Positions 1-11,767 of a stretch of DNA of 64,000 nt are shown one piece after another (the stretch's first letter is position 1; the number at the start of each line of letters is the position of its first letter). The stretch comes from Octopus vulgaris (taxonomy: Eukaryota): the NCBI GenBank assembly GCA_951406725.2, contig OX597817.1:39804001-39868000 (forward strand), read 5' to 3'. Made by a program: the position numbers and the translations under genes. The notes under the pieces were generated by a model. That model saw nothing but the letters and a program-made list of their open reading frames with translations. It ran no database searches and was not told where the DNA came from.

Positions 1-141
1 AAATACATTCACATTTTACAAGGAAAATATGTACTCACAATTTTTGAGATGTAATTGGACATTTTAATTGAATAAATTTAAGTGATAGTCACTCACATGG
101 CTATGCTCACACACACACACACACACCATTATAAGCATATA

Positions 142-658
142 TCTATATATATAAAACTGTAGTTGTGTGAGTGTCTGTCTCCTACGATTTAGATTCCTAA
201 CTCCTCCCACATTTTGCGGTGCAGTTTAACCAAATTCGGGTATCTTATAGTCGTGATTAATATCAAGCCCGTCTGGCTATTAGCGCACGTCTACGATGAG
301 TCTACGATTTTAAAAATAAGTTAACATAATTTTTTATTCCATTTTAATGCATAATTTTTCGTGTGTCGATGGCGGCGGAGTTGGCGTCCACGCTCAAACA
401 CCTGCACCTGTGTTTGCTTCTCCCCCTTTTTCCCTCCTTCGTGAAGCTGTGGGGAAGGGAGTTTAAGGAAATCAACGTCGTAAAGCGTTGTCAAGGAGAC
501 CAGCGTTCTTTTAGAACAACGACTTCATGGCTTGAAGACACCAAAACAGAAATGGCTAAGAAAGCCCGAATTGGCATCTATAAAGGAAGTAACTCTCTAA
601 AAATGCTTATATAGTTATTTCCCTTACAAACCCGAGCAACGCCAGGCGATACTGCTAG
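142..658 (+). mobile_element. Non-autonomous Helitron (~517 bp)
   Basis: Starts A|TCTATATATATAAAA, ends CTAG|T, with GC-rich subterminal hairpin CCCGAGCAACGCCAGGC (631-647). No TSD. CpG-rich relative to flanks. Confidence 0.85.
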
Positions 659-760
659 TATATATATATAGCTATATCCTATAAGCATGTATATATGTAT
701 CCTTTTAAGCATATATATATACACACACAAACAGCCTTGTAATAATATATATATAAATAT

Positions 761-1143
761 AGGCATGTTTGTGTGGTAAGAATCTTGTTTCCCAACCACA
801 TGGTTCTGGGTTCTGCTCCACTGCGTGGCACTTTGGGCAAGTGCCTTCTACTATAGCCTTGGGCCAACCAAAGCCTTGTGAGTGGATTAGGTAGACAGAA
901 AGTGAAAGAAGCCTGTCATATATATATTTATGTGTGTGTCTGTGTTTGTCCCCACCCACCATCACTTGACAACCAGTGTTGGTGTGTTTACATGCCCGTA
1001 ACCTAGCAGTTCAACAAAAAAGACTGATGGAATAAGTCTCAGGCTTACAAAGAAGCAGTCCTGGGGTTGATTTCTTTGACTAAAATATAGTGCTCCAGCA
1101 TGGCTGCAGTCAAATGACTTAAACAAGTAAAAGAGTAAAAGAA
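761..1143 (+). mobile_element. tRNA-derived SINE family A (GTGTGGTAAG head, CTTGGGCAAG core, internal TA/TG microsatellite, ...GAAACAAGTAAAAGA tail)
   Basis: Near full-length; many further copies in the window on both strands. Confidence 0.85.
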
Positions 1144-2108
1144 TATATCCTTGTGAGCATGTGTATATATACCCTTGTATGCATATGTATATATATCCTT
1201 TTTAAGTATGTGTGTGTGTGTAAGTACATATATAGCTTTATAGCACTCATTAGTTTTAATAATGTCATTTACATGGGGTGTAGTTATGCAATATAAAATG
1301 TAAAAGCTACTTGCCGCCTCTTGAGAAATATATAAGTAACATCCGTTTCTTAGAAAGCCTAGCTTTAACCTTTGGGAAAACCAGAGAAGACATAAATCCT
1401 GAAAGCTCTAAATTCATTTCATATATACCCCATCTTCCTCATTCACGATCAAAAGTATGTATAAATATTAAATTTATTTACTCTGAAAACCAAGTATTGC
1501 CTTTCCCTTTTAAATGCAGTATATAACCTAACCCATCTTCTGATCTATGTTGTTCCGATATATGTTTTAACTAAATAAGATTGCTATAACAGCATTCTAT
1601 AAAAGTTTATTACACCGTTTCTGATAATGGATTAATGGATTTATATAAAGTACTCTCTTATATAAGTTCTCTTATATAAGTTACAGCTGCGTAAGTTTTT
1701 CCAAATGCCATTTCTATATGATAACTATCAAAGGAATTAACAAATTATTTCTTTTCCAGTGGTTTCTTTCTTTCTTTCTTTCTTTTCTTTCTTTTTTTTT
1801 TCAATATTTATTTGGTCATTTCATTGAATTCTGTGGAGCAAATTATTCAAATTAGGACACAGATATTTCTTATGCTTCTTGGAGCTTTTATTTAAAAAAG
1901 ATTAAATAATTTACATAAATATCTACTTTGCTTTGCTTTTGCACAACTTGCATTTATTCTACAGTCTCATGTTGTTAAATGTCTTTCTATTCCAATTTTT
2001 TTCAGATAAAATGTCAGTTTTAAACATTTACAGAAAACGGAATTACACACTAACACACACATATACATATGCACACATGTATGCAAATACACAAATACAC
2101 ACACACAT

Positions 2109-2139
<31 letters not shown>

Positions 2140-3090
2140 CATACACACGCACATACATTCATATATATATGTATGTATGTATGTATATATATCATCATTT
2201 AACGTCCATCTGCTGTGCTGGCATGAGTGAGACATTAGGTATGTAATGTACTAGTTAACAGATTTGACTCATCATTAAAGCATAAGGTTTTATGTTCAAT
2301 TCCTGAACTGGGCAGTGCATTATGTCCTTGGGCAAGTCACTTTATTTCATGTTTATCCAGTCTTTTTAGTTGCAAATGAGTACTACCTTGGTTCTGGTTC
2401 AACTCCTTCTACCAGCTTTCATATTTAGGGTGTTGCACAAGATTAAGGGTAATGGGTCCATGAGGTTATCTATATCCGTTCATGACTACACAGGCACTTT
2501 AAACAATTAGCATAAGCATGTTACATGTTACTAAGCCACAATCATTCATGAGTAACAGCTGTTTGTATTGTGCACACACATTAATTTATACATGGGTTAT
2601 CAAGCAACAGTGATCAACTGTAGTGAAAAAAAAAGTTTATGTGCTTAAACTTATGGTTTATAGTTTATATCTCACCAAAGTTGAAATGGCCTTTTGTTGT
2701 AATTCCATAATTTTTGATATGCATTAATATCATGAAATATGTTTAGTTTATGCTACTTTCTCAAGCTTTTTTTTTAATAGTTATTGCATTTGAATAGATT
2801 TCTTTAAGATCTATTGAGCTTGCAGTTTTCATAGTCTACAAGATTTACAGTTCACTATAACATTTGTATGACAATGAAGGGGCTCTAAATGGTTACTTGA
2901 CCTGTTAGAAATAACAACCAAATTTCCTTCAAACGACAATCTGCCATTAAATAAGAAGTGTATATTAACAGTGTACGAAGAAAAAGAATAAAAGGACATT
3001 CTTTTGATGTCTTCTAACCTGTAATTATTTGCTGTCTCCTATAAGAAATGCCCCATTTTGTACAATGTTGAATTTAGTGTAATGTATTTG

Positions 3091-3156
3091 CCTAGGGTTT
3101 TGTCATGCTGATGAGTTCAAATAATGATGAAATGGCACTGTACATGACAACCTAGG
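3091..3156 (+). ncRNA. Type I minimal hammerhead ribozyme motif (Penelope/SM-alpha-like)
   Basis: Stem I TTGTCATG/CATGACAA (extended by CCTAGG/CCTAGG), CTGATGA 3108-3114, weak stem II, GAAA 3129-3132, short stem III, GTA cleavage triplet 3140-3142. Confidence 0.65.
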
Positions 3157-3344
3157 ATAGAAACTTTTTAATCTTTATAAAAAGTAAAAGAAAAACAATC
3201 TAAATATGTATCTGCTGTACATCTTCTTCATTGTTCTTCATTTCAAAATTCAAACTTCAAACCTGCCATGATTGATTTAGAAGTGATTATCTCCATTACA
3301 ATAACTGGCCTCTTGTGTATATTCTATGATATATTAAAAAGATA

Positions 3345-3615
3345 GGTGAACGCATGTGGCATTGTGGTTAGGCTGTTGTACTCACGATTGCTAGATTGTG
3401 GGTCTGCTTCCCTGACTGGGTGCCACGTTGTGTTCATGAGCAAAACATTTTACTTCATGTTGCTCCAATCTCCCTTTCAATCAGGGGGAAATGTTGGCCT
3501 GCTTGCCTACCGGTAGGGTGGTGTCATTTGAAGATTAAAGCAATACAAAAAATGCATTGTGACCAGCGATGTGTAACAACATTTGATAGCCTGGTCAGTC
3601 GTGTGATCATGTGAT
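3345..3615 (+). mobile_element. tRNA-derived SINE, family C head with variant 3' body
   Basis: GTGGTTAG A-box-like head, TGAGCAAAACATTTTACTTCATGTTGCTCCA core shared with other C copies. Confidence 0.7.
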
Positions 3616-3700
3616 TAAAAGATAGAACAGTTAGCTGGATTGCCTTTGATCATGGGTCTGACCTATGGCTAAACAACAACAACAGCAGCAGCAACAACAA

Positions 3701-3907
3701 TACTCTTTTACTTGTTTCAGTCATTTGACTGTAGCCATGCTGGAGCAGTACCTTTAGTTGAGCAAATCGACCCCAGGACTTATTCTTTGTAAGCCTAGTA
3801 CTTATTCTATCAGTCTCTTTTGTCGAACTGCTAGGTTACAGGGATGTAAACACACCAGCATCAGTTGTCAAGCGATGTTGGGGGGACAAACACAGACACA
3901 CAAACAT

Positions 3908-3944
<37 letters not shown>

Positions 3945-4108
3945 CGAGGGGCTTCTTTCAGTCTCCATCTACCAAATCCACTCACAGAGCTTTGGTTAGC
4001 CCGAGGCTATAGTAGAAGACACTTACCCAAGGTGCCACGCAGTGGGACTGAACCTGGAACCATGTGGTTCATAAGCAAGCTACTTACCACACAGCCACTC
4101 CTATGCCT
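3701..4108 (-). mobile_element. SINE family A, full length
   Basis: Reverse complement of the element at 761-1143 and 22124-22472. Confidence 0.88.
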
Positions 4109-5474
4109 ATAATTGTTTGATTCTGTTTTGAATTTTAAATCTCCTAGGTGATAATTGCACTCAGTTATTTGTAAATCTACTTAACAGATTTACTTCTTAA
4201 AAGCCTCATAAACTGTCATGTTAATTATTTATAGAATTACACTGTAATTTCCTGTTTGTTATGAAGAAATATTCTTCACATAATTGTTGGAAATAATTGT
4301 ATTTGGCTTTATTCTATTCCTGGGTCTAAAGGTGTGAACCAACTCATCAGCTATCTGTTCTTGGGTGCCTCATCAACACCACAACCACTGCTGCAAAGCT
4401 GTTGATTATGGAAATATTAACTTAGTGAAAGAGTCTCTACAGAATTCTTAATCTGGTAAAAATAGTAGTTAAATTTCCTGCAGATCTTATCTTAGATGGA
4501 CAGATGGTTGAAAATAAAATGGAATTGTAATGATTGTGATGCCATTGGATCTTAGGTATACTCAATCAAGCTCTGGCCTGGGGCTAAACAATAACAATAC
4601 ATTGGAAGATGTGGCTACTTCATATGAAGCAGAATGTTTATTGCTTTGGTTTGAACATTCATCTGCTTAATTGAAAAGAATAAAATAAAACCCTCATGGG
4701 GTTTTATTTTACTGACACCATAAAGGAATTGAACTCAGAGTGTTCAGAGCCCGAAGAATTGTTCAACATTCTAGTGATTCTATCAGCTTTCTACCTTAGG
4801 AAACAACAACAGTAGAAATTTGCCGAATATTGTGATGGATATAGATTCAAATAAATAGATATTTCACAAAAAGAATTTTACCTGACTCTACTAAGTTTCA
4901 ATAATCAAACTAAGTATACTTCGAATCTGTTAACAAATTTAGCCAAAGTGAAAGTCCAGTCATTGCCTGCAGCTGAGAGGATTCAAGTATCAATAGTTTA
5001 ATATAAACTTATCATATTAATGAAGATTGTAGTCTTGAAGTGTGGCATGAAAATATTGATTCATTTGACATGATGGTATTGTGTCTATTTACTTATATGT
5101 AGGCTACTTGTAAGAAGAATACTCTCACCTCCATCTGGTGTTACGTGTTACATTGACATATTAGTTTATTCCTAATCACTGCTTAGCAATGATGCTGCTG
5201 TCTTTATCCTTACCAGGCACTCCAATAGCACAACTCAGTCACTAAAGTTGACTGCGTTTTAGTTTAAGCTATGGCTTTGAATCTATCCATGGTTATGTCT
5301 CTTTGGTATTTCCCACTGAAGAAGGATAAAGAGCGAGAGACATGTGTCTTGGAATCCAATATATATATCTTTGAAACACTGGATCTTGAAGCACCTCATA
5401 TAAATCTATAAATGATAACATGTAAATATCCAAAAGGGTTTTGTAACCCAATATTTACATGCTATTATTTATAG

Positions 5475-6284
5475 TGTTATTGTGATGAGAGTTATGACAC
5501 CACCTTGTGTAGATACACTGGTCTGAGTAAAGTATAAATACTAACGATCTGAGTGAGTTTGGAGTTGAGTGAAGTTTGTGCTAGTTCGCAGTGAAGTCAG
5601 AAGGTGTCAGTTGGTTAGTTTACAGGGAATATTGATTGTTGGTTTGTAAAGAGATTTGTTAGTTCATTACATTGTTTTTACTGTTGTCTGGTTATCTTAT
5701 TTATTGTACGTACCAATTACGTTATAACATCTGATGACAAGGGTTTCAATGCTCATGTAAGTTATCTAACAATTTGTTCAAGATACAATTTATTAAGTAA
5801 TGGAAGACCTATTAGCTTCCATAGTACAGTCACAAAAACAGTAACAAGAGCAGCAACAGGAGCTGCAACAGCAACTATTACAGCAACAACTACAACAACA
5901 AGAATTATTGGAGCTATATTAAAAGAAATCCAAAAAATAAAGTAAGTTCGTTTTCACCAGACGGTGTTTTGAACTCAATTAAGGAATTCAGTTATAACCC
6001 AGAGGAGGGTATAACTTTTGCATCATAATACAGAAGATATGAGGAGATTTTTAATTAAAATTGGTCCGAGTAAAGTATAAATAGTAATGATCCAAGTGAG
6101 TTCAAAGTTCAGAGTTTAGAGACAAGTGAAGTTCTTGTTAGTCACAGTGAAGTCAGAAGGTGTCAGTTGGTTAGTTCACAAGCAATATTGATTGTTGGTT
6201 CATAAAGAGATTTGATAGTTCGTTACATTGTTTTTACTGTTGTCTGGTTATCTTATTTATTGTACGTAACAAATAACGTTACAA
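5475..6284 (+). mobile_element. Internally deleted Ty3/Gypsy-type LTR retrotransposon relic
   Basis: LTR1 5475-5729 (TGTTAT...ATAACA) followed by PBS-like TCTGATGACAAG. Decayed gag start at 5800 (MEDLLASIVQSQKQ*QEQQQ...SFSPDGVLNSIKEFSYNPEEGITFAS*YRRYEEIF). Partial LTR2 ~6062-6284 directly repeats ~5519-5726. Confidence 0.8.
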
Positions 6285-7081
6285 GTTTTATATGATGTGC
6301 TTTGAGATCCACTTTTCCAAAAAAGAATTATTTCACATTCTCTCATAAGTTTATAAAATTCTTATATTGTCAATATATATTAATTTTGACAAAAGGCCAA
6401 TTTGAAAGGTCTTGGATTAATACTTTATTACATTTTTATTTAGATGTTTATCTATACAAATATACATGCACATGCAAACACATATGTGTATTTAATGTTG
6501 TGTTTGAAAATATCTCATATATGTGTGTATGTGAATTTGTACATATTTTCTATTTTTATTTGTATATTAAACTCCACACTTTTTCTTGTGAAAAATAATT
6601 TAGACTTTGCAGCAGAAATACTTTTACAATCTACATCAGCAATGTTTAAAGGGCACTTAAAATTTTTTTTTCTTTTTAGGATTTGTGAATTATTTCAAAT
6701 ATTTTATACAGCAATTATAATAAATCTGACTAAACACCACTTTTCCATATATTGTAATACCAAAGAAAAGTCAGTTTGTATTAATAAACAAGAGATGATT
6801 TTTCTGATATTTCATTGCCCATAATTACAGGTGTACAATGTACAAAAATAAATACAACAGACACAAACATTCATACGCTTGGCCACAAAAATATTTACTA
6901 GTATGCATTCATTTACATCTGGTTACAAATACATCCACAAAACAAAGAAATAAAATAAAAAAAAGTTTACTGTTCAGCAACAAAAATGTTTATTTTGTTC
7001 CATATTTCCAAAACAAGAAAAATATCCCCAAAGCTATCACATTTTGTCATCTTCTGATGCTATTCTCTTGTATTTTCACAG

Positions 7082-7234
7082 AATCTTGGTCATGAAATCC
7101 GCTCTAAACAAAGTGAGATCGATACTTTAGCTGATGAGGTGCACTCATTGCAACAGCTCACACCTGAAACACGAGCCCCTGCCTGCACCTCACAACTCTT
7201 GGCTCGATTTGTAACAGTGGAAGCAAACACAAAG
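7082..7234 (+). CDS. Spectrin-repeat protein (nesprin-1-like) exon 1 of window, 153 nt, phase 0/0
   Basis: ttttcacAG|NLGHEIRSKQSEIDTLADEVHSLQQLTPETRAPACTSQLLARFVTVEANTK|GTacag. Confidence 0.88.
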
Positions 7235-7257
7235 GTACAGTCTTTGTTCTTTTTATC

Positions 7258-7565
7258 AACTACTACCTTCACTACCACAACCACTACTACTATTACTGCT
7301 ACTTCTACTACCACCACTACTATTACTCCTACCTCCACCACTAGTACAATGACCTTTACTATTACTACTACTACTACTACCTTCACCACCACCACTATTA
7401 CTATTACTGCTATTTATACCACCACCACTATTACTCCCACGACTATTTTGTCCATTAGTACTACCACTTCCACCACTGCTACCATCACTAGCACCACTAT
7501 TACTACTACCATCACCACCACTAGCACTACTACCACCTCTACCACTTCGCCTCTACTACTACTAC
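7258..7565. repeat. Degenerate (ACT/ACC/ATT)n trinucleotide repeat
   Basis: Visible low-complexity tract just 3' of exon 1; gives the Thr-rich and Val-rich ORFs. Confidence 0.9.
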
Positions 7566-8931
7566 ATTCCATCATATCAATAGATATATACTGCAATTCA
7601 GATTTGTTGTCTACTTCTCAGCTCACAGGGATTTTTGTGAGGATTCTTGCAGAATAAGGAATGAATGATTTTCTATAACTCTACTTCCCGCCTCTCATTT
7701 TCCAATATTTCTAAATCATCTTGTTAACCATTCTGCTCTTGTTCTCCATGCTCCATCAGTTCTCCTCTGATAATAAGGAATAAATTTTACTGACATCTTA
7801 TCTTTCACTTTTTCTTGAGTTCTTTCTTAAATCTCTTTTATTTTTGGCTCTTATTTGATGTAAAAGATTCTATGATTTTTAATTATTTTGTTGTTCTTCT
7901 CTATCGTAATCTCATATTGATGGTCCCTGTAGACATCAATTTGTGCTGGGAATCCCATCAGATGTTACAACTTCTGTTTTTAGCTACAGATACTGCTTTC
8001 TACTAAGTTGTTCCCAAAATTATTTTCTCACAGATATTCAAAATATTAAAGAATGCAACGATGTATTTTGTGTGCAGCTTTGAGGCATAGCTGAATAATC
8101 AAGAAGTTTCCACTAACCACATAGTTTCAAGTTCTGTTTGAACTGGTGTCTTCTGCTATAGGCTCTGTGAGTGGATTTGGTAACTGGAAACTGAAAGAAG
8201 CTCACCATTTTTGTGCGTATGTGTGTATATACATGTATGTATATGTGCATGAGTGTTTGTGTCGCCTAGTTTTCATACCACACAATAGTTGTAAATGAGA
8301 GTCACCATCATACAAGCAGTGTCATTTCTTTCCAATCTTCAATGAAAACATGTTCGGTCATGAGGACATATTACCTTGTTTGGAAACAAGTGAGGATTAG
8401 CGACAAGAATAGGCATCCTACGATACAAAGAACAGATGCATGTATGGATGCATATACACACATGTGCTTGCATGTATGCATATATTCATGATGGCTTTTG
8501 CACACTTTCAATCTGCTCAATATCCTCTCACAAGATATTGATCAAGAACAATGGTTGAAGACACACAAGGAGATTGAACCCAAAACTATTTGGGTGGTTG
8601 CAATGTGAACTTCTTATAACCACTCAACCATAATTTTTGACAAATCAATGACCTCTACTACTACTACTACTATTACTACTACTACCTTCACCACCACAAC
8701 TATTACTACAATGTTTGGCATAGACAGTTGATGGCACTCTACTTAATTCATCAAGTTTATTTTTTGTCTTTTAGAAAGGCATAAACATCACCACTTCTCA
8801 TTTTCTACCCCATACAACATTCTATTTACATTGAAGGCCATTTTCTTTTCTTTTGCCATCGTAAGTCTTTCTTATTCCAATATTTTCTATCTGCATACTG
8901 CTGCTCTCTTGAACTCACTACCTTCTGTGAA

Positions 8932-9242
8932 GATGCGTGGCTGAGGTATTCAGCTCACAATTGTAAGGCCATGAGTTCAATACCCAGCAGTACGTTGAAT
9001 CCTTGAGCAATATACTTTATTTCACATTTCTTCAGTTCACTCAACTGGCAAAAAATGAGTTGTATCCATAATTTAAAAGGCTGGACTTGTCATTCTGTGT
9101 TACGCTGAATCTCACTGAGAACGACATTAAGTGTACATGTGTCTGTGGAGTGCTCAGCCACTTGCACATCAATTTCACGAGCAGGCTGTTCCATTGACTG
9201 GATCAATTGGAACCCACGTCATCATAACTGATGGTATACCAT
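8932..9242 (+). mobile_element. tRNA-derived SINE family C1
   Basis: GAGTTCAATACCC B-box, CCTTGAGCAA core, body ...GTCTGTGGAGTGCTCAGCCACTTGCAC...; also at 25120-25440 (-) and 61438-61708 (+). Confidence 0.8.
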
Positions 9243-9292
9243 GCACTACCTTCATCTTGTTTTCTTCAGCTCTTTGATATTCAGTCATTTAA

Positions 9293-9512
9293 CCCTTTCA
9301 TTACTGTATTTACTTTGAGATGCTCTGTGTTTCTTTCAATTACTTTAAATATAACAAAAAATTTAATAAAATAACTTGGTTATCATTCAGCTAGTGTTAG
9401 GAACATAAATTGTGACTAAGATTTGGTTGAAGATTTTTATTCAAAACTTATGAAAATAAAACATTTGTACTCAGAGCCAGAGCCGGTTTCAGCCAGGTTC
9501 GTAACAAAAGGG
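9293..9512. mobile_element. piggyBac-like MITE (220 bp)
   Basis: TTAA|CCCTTTCATTAC ... GTAACAAAAGGG|TTAA: TIRs and TTAA TSD. Confidence 0.85.
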
Positions 9513-10220
9513 TTAAGCCTTCTGTCAGTCAACGTCTTTGGAATTTGTAGGTTTCTTTTTGTTCATTGTAGTCCCTTACACTACAGTGGCCTCAAACTTT
9601 GTTAGGGATAAAAATCATATAAAGAAAGAAAAAGAAAGTAATCATTGTTCTGGCACAATTCTTTTACTGTATCTTTTCATGAAATCTGTTATGACATTTA
9701 GAGTTATCACACCAATTGTGGTGTATTTTTAGTTTTACCATTTTCCCTACTAGCATTTATTTCAGTGACATACAATTGACACGAAAAGTTTAGTGATAAA
9801 ATATAAATGTGAAACTGTAAGATAATCTACAAATCATTAATTATTAGGCTAACTTGATGCTTGAAACTACAAAATCCTAAGGCTGTTTTTAAATCTTAGC
9901 TTGGTTGATTAGAATAGAATTCTAAGATTTGTTTAACACATTTTTCTACTGTTCCTATTTTTGTTTCCATTGTTTCAGGAATTGAGAATCTGAAGTAGTA
10001 GTAGTTGTACTTGTTGTTGTTGTTGTTGTTTCTTCTTCCTTCTTTGTTCTTTATTCTTCTTCTGTCTCCCTATTCCCTTCCGTGCTTGCATGGGTCAGAC
10101 AAAATTCATTGAGTTGGGCTTTCTTATGACAAGGTACCCTTTATGTCACCATCTCCCACCTGTTTCCAAGTAACAATATTTCTCCTTGTCTTCTGATCAT
10201 GAACAGCACTATAGCTGGAC

Positions 10221-10367
10221 CACTAGCATAGCTAGAGTGTGTGCCACCCTGGGTGGCCCTTCTGTTTGCTGCCCCTAGACCCCACAAAAAACACATATTG
10301 CCTACAGCAATAGCCTACAACTGGATGAAAAGTGCCACTCCTACTACCCCACCTAGCTACACTAGTG
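10221..10367. mobile_element. Small TIR element (hAT-like MITE)
   Basis: TIR CACTAGCATAGCTAG / CTAGCTACACTAGTG, GC-richer interior; TSD degenerate. Confidence 0.6.
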
Positions 10368-10519
10368 GACTAGACATAATTTCTTGGCAGATTGCAAATG
10401 ACTGACATTGTTTGTACAACACTGACATTCATTTACAACTAGCACACTTTCTCTCTGTCTTGCACACACACACACAATACAGGAGTTGAACTGTTCAACT
10501 AAAGGTGGTGCCCTAGCAT

Positions 10520-10642
10520 AGGCATGGGAGTGGCTGTGTGGTATGACATATGCTTCTGAATCATATGGTTCTTGGTTCAGCCCCTCTGTATGGCACTTTG
10601 GACAAGAGTTTTCTGCTATAGCCCTGGGTTAGCAAAGCTTTG

Positions 10643-10674
<32 letters not shown>

Positions 10675-11145
10675 CATGCATCTATGAATGTGTTTATCCA
10701 CCACCATTACCACTTGACAATTGGCATTGGTTTGTTTACATCCCTGTAACTTATCAGTTTAGCAGAAAGAGACTGAAGGCAGTGAGTTGGCAGAAACGTT
10801 AGCACACCGGACGAAATGCTTAGCGGTATTTTGTCTGCCATTACGTTCTGAGTTCAAATTCTGCCATGGTTGACTTTACTTTTCATTCTTTCGGGGTCAA
10901 TGAATTAAGTACCAGTTACGCACTGGGAGTCGATGTAATTGACTTAATCCCTTTGTCTGTCCTTGTTTGTCCCCTCTATGTTTAGCACTTTGTGAGCAAT
11001 AAAGAAATAAGAAAGAGACTGCTAGAACAAGTACAAGACTTAAAAAAAAAAGGATTGGGGTCAGTTTGTGAAAGTAAACTCTTCAAGTCTGTGCCCCAGC
11101 ATGGCCGCAGTAAAATGACTGTAGCAAGTAAAATATAAAAGATAA
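10520..11145 (+). mobile_element. SINE family A interrupted by a family B insertion
   Basis: A head at 10520; A body resumes after the duplicated AGAAAGAGACTG at 11010-11021. Confidence 0.8.
10776..11009 (+). mobile_element. SINE family B (AAGGCGGCGAGCTGGCAGAA head, GAGTTCAAATTC B-box, TTTCATCCTTTCGGGGTC core)
   Basis: 12-bp TSD AGAAAGAGACTG at 10764-10775 and 11010-11021. Confidence 0.88.
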
Positions 11146-11499
11146 GTAAACAGGCTTCTTTCAGTTTCTGTTTAACAAATCCTTTCACAAAGCCTTGATC
11201 TGCTCAGAGCTTTAAGGGAAAATACCTGCTTAAAGTGTCCCACATTGGGATTGAACCACCCATGTGGTTGGAAAGCTAATTTCTTAAGCATGAACTCATA
11301 TGTACCCACATCTTCTTGATAACATATATCTACCAGGATAAATATATTAAATATTTTGGGACAAAAAAAAAAACATGATCTAAAACCATTTTTACTCCTG
11401 TTTCTCTTCGCCCCGTATCATAAAATGATGCCAAGAAAATCATTATATTGTTGCTTTTTTAAATGTTTGTTTCATTTACATGTTTTCTTTTTCTTTCAG

Positions 11500-11664
11500 A
11501 GTCACATCAAGAAATGCAACCAAAATATCAATGACCACAAAGATTATGACAGTAAATTAGCCTCTTGTGATAAATGGCTGCAGAAAATGCAACAAAAGCT
11601 TGACCTTGTTGCAGGTCCGAGTGGTTCGAAAGAAGACCTTGAAAGAAATTTGGAGAAAATTCAA
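11500..11664 (+). CDS. Nesprin-1-like exon 2, 165 nt, phase 0/0
   Basis: ttctttcAG|SHIKKCNQNINDHKDYDSKLASCDKWLQKMQQKLDLVAGPSGSKEDLERNLEKIQ|GTaaat. Confidence 0.92.
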
Positions 11665-11767
11665 GTAAATATAGAAGTGTTATTTATTTTGAATGTAACA
11701 AATGTGTTTCCATTGAGATTAGGAAACAAGTTGTAAAAGTACAATGAAAGACTTTGATTTGAATAAA

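Noticed and set aside
363-614. 83-aa ORF in the track
   Set aside because: Lies inside the non-autonomous Helitron; no recognisable domain or splice context.
4681-4711. 13-bp perfect hairpin resembling a rho-independent terminator
   Set aside because: Eukaryotic intron, AT-rich arms, at the edge of a SINE fragment; no functional evidence.
7090-7596. Val-rich minus-strand ORFs
   Set aside because: Antisense reading of the ACT/ACC repeat.
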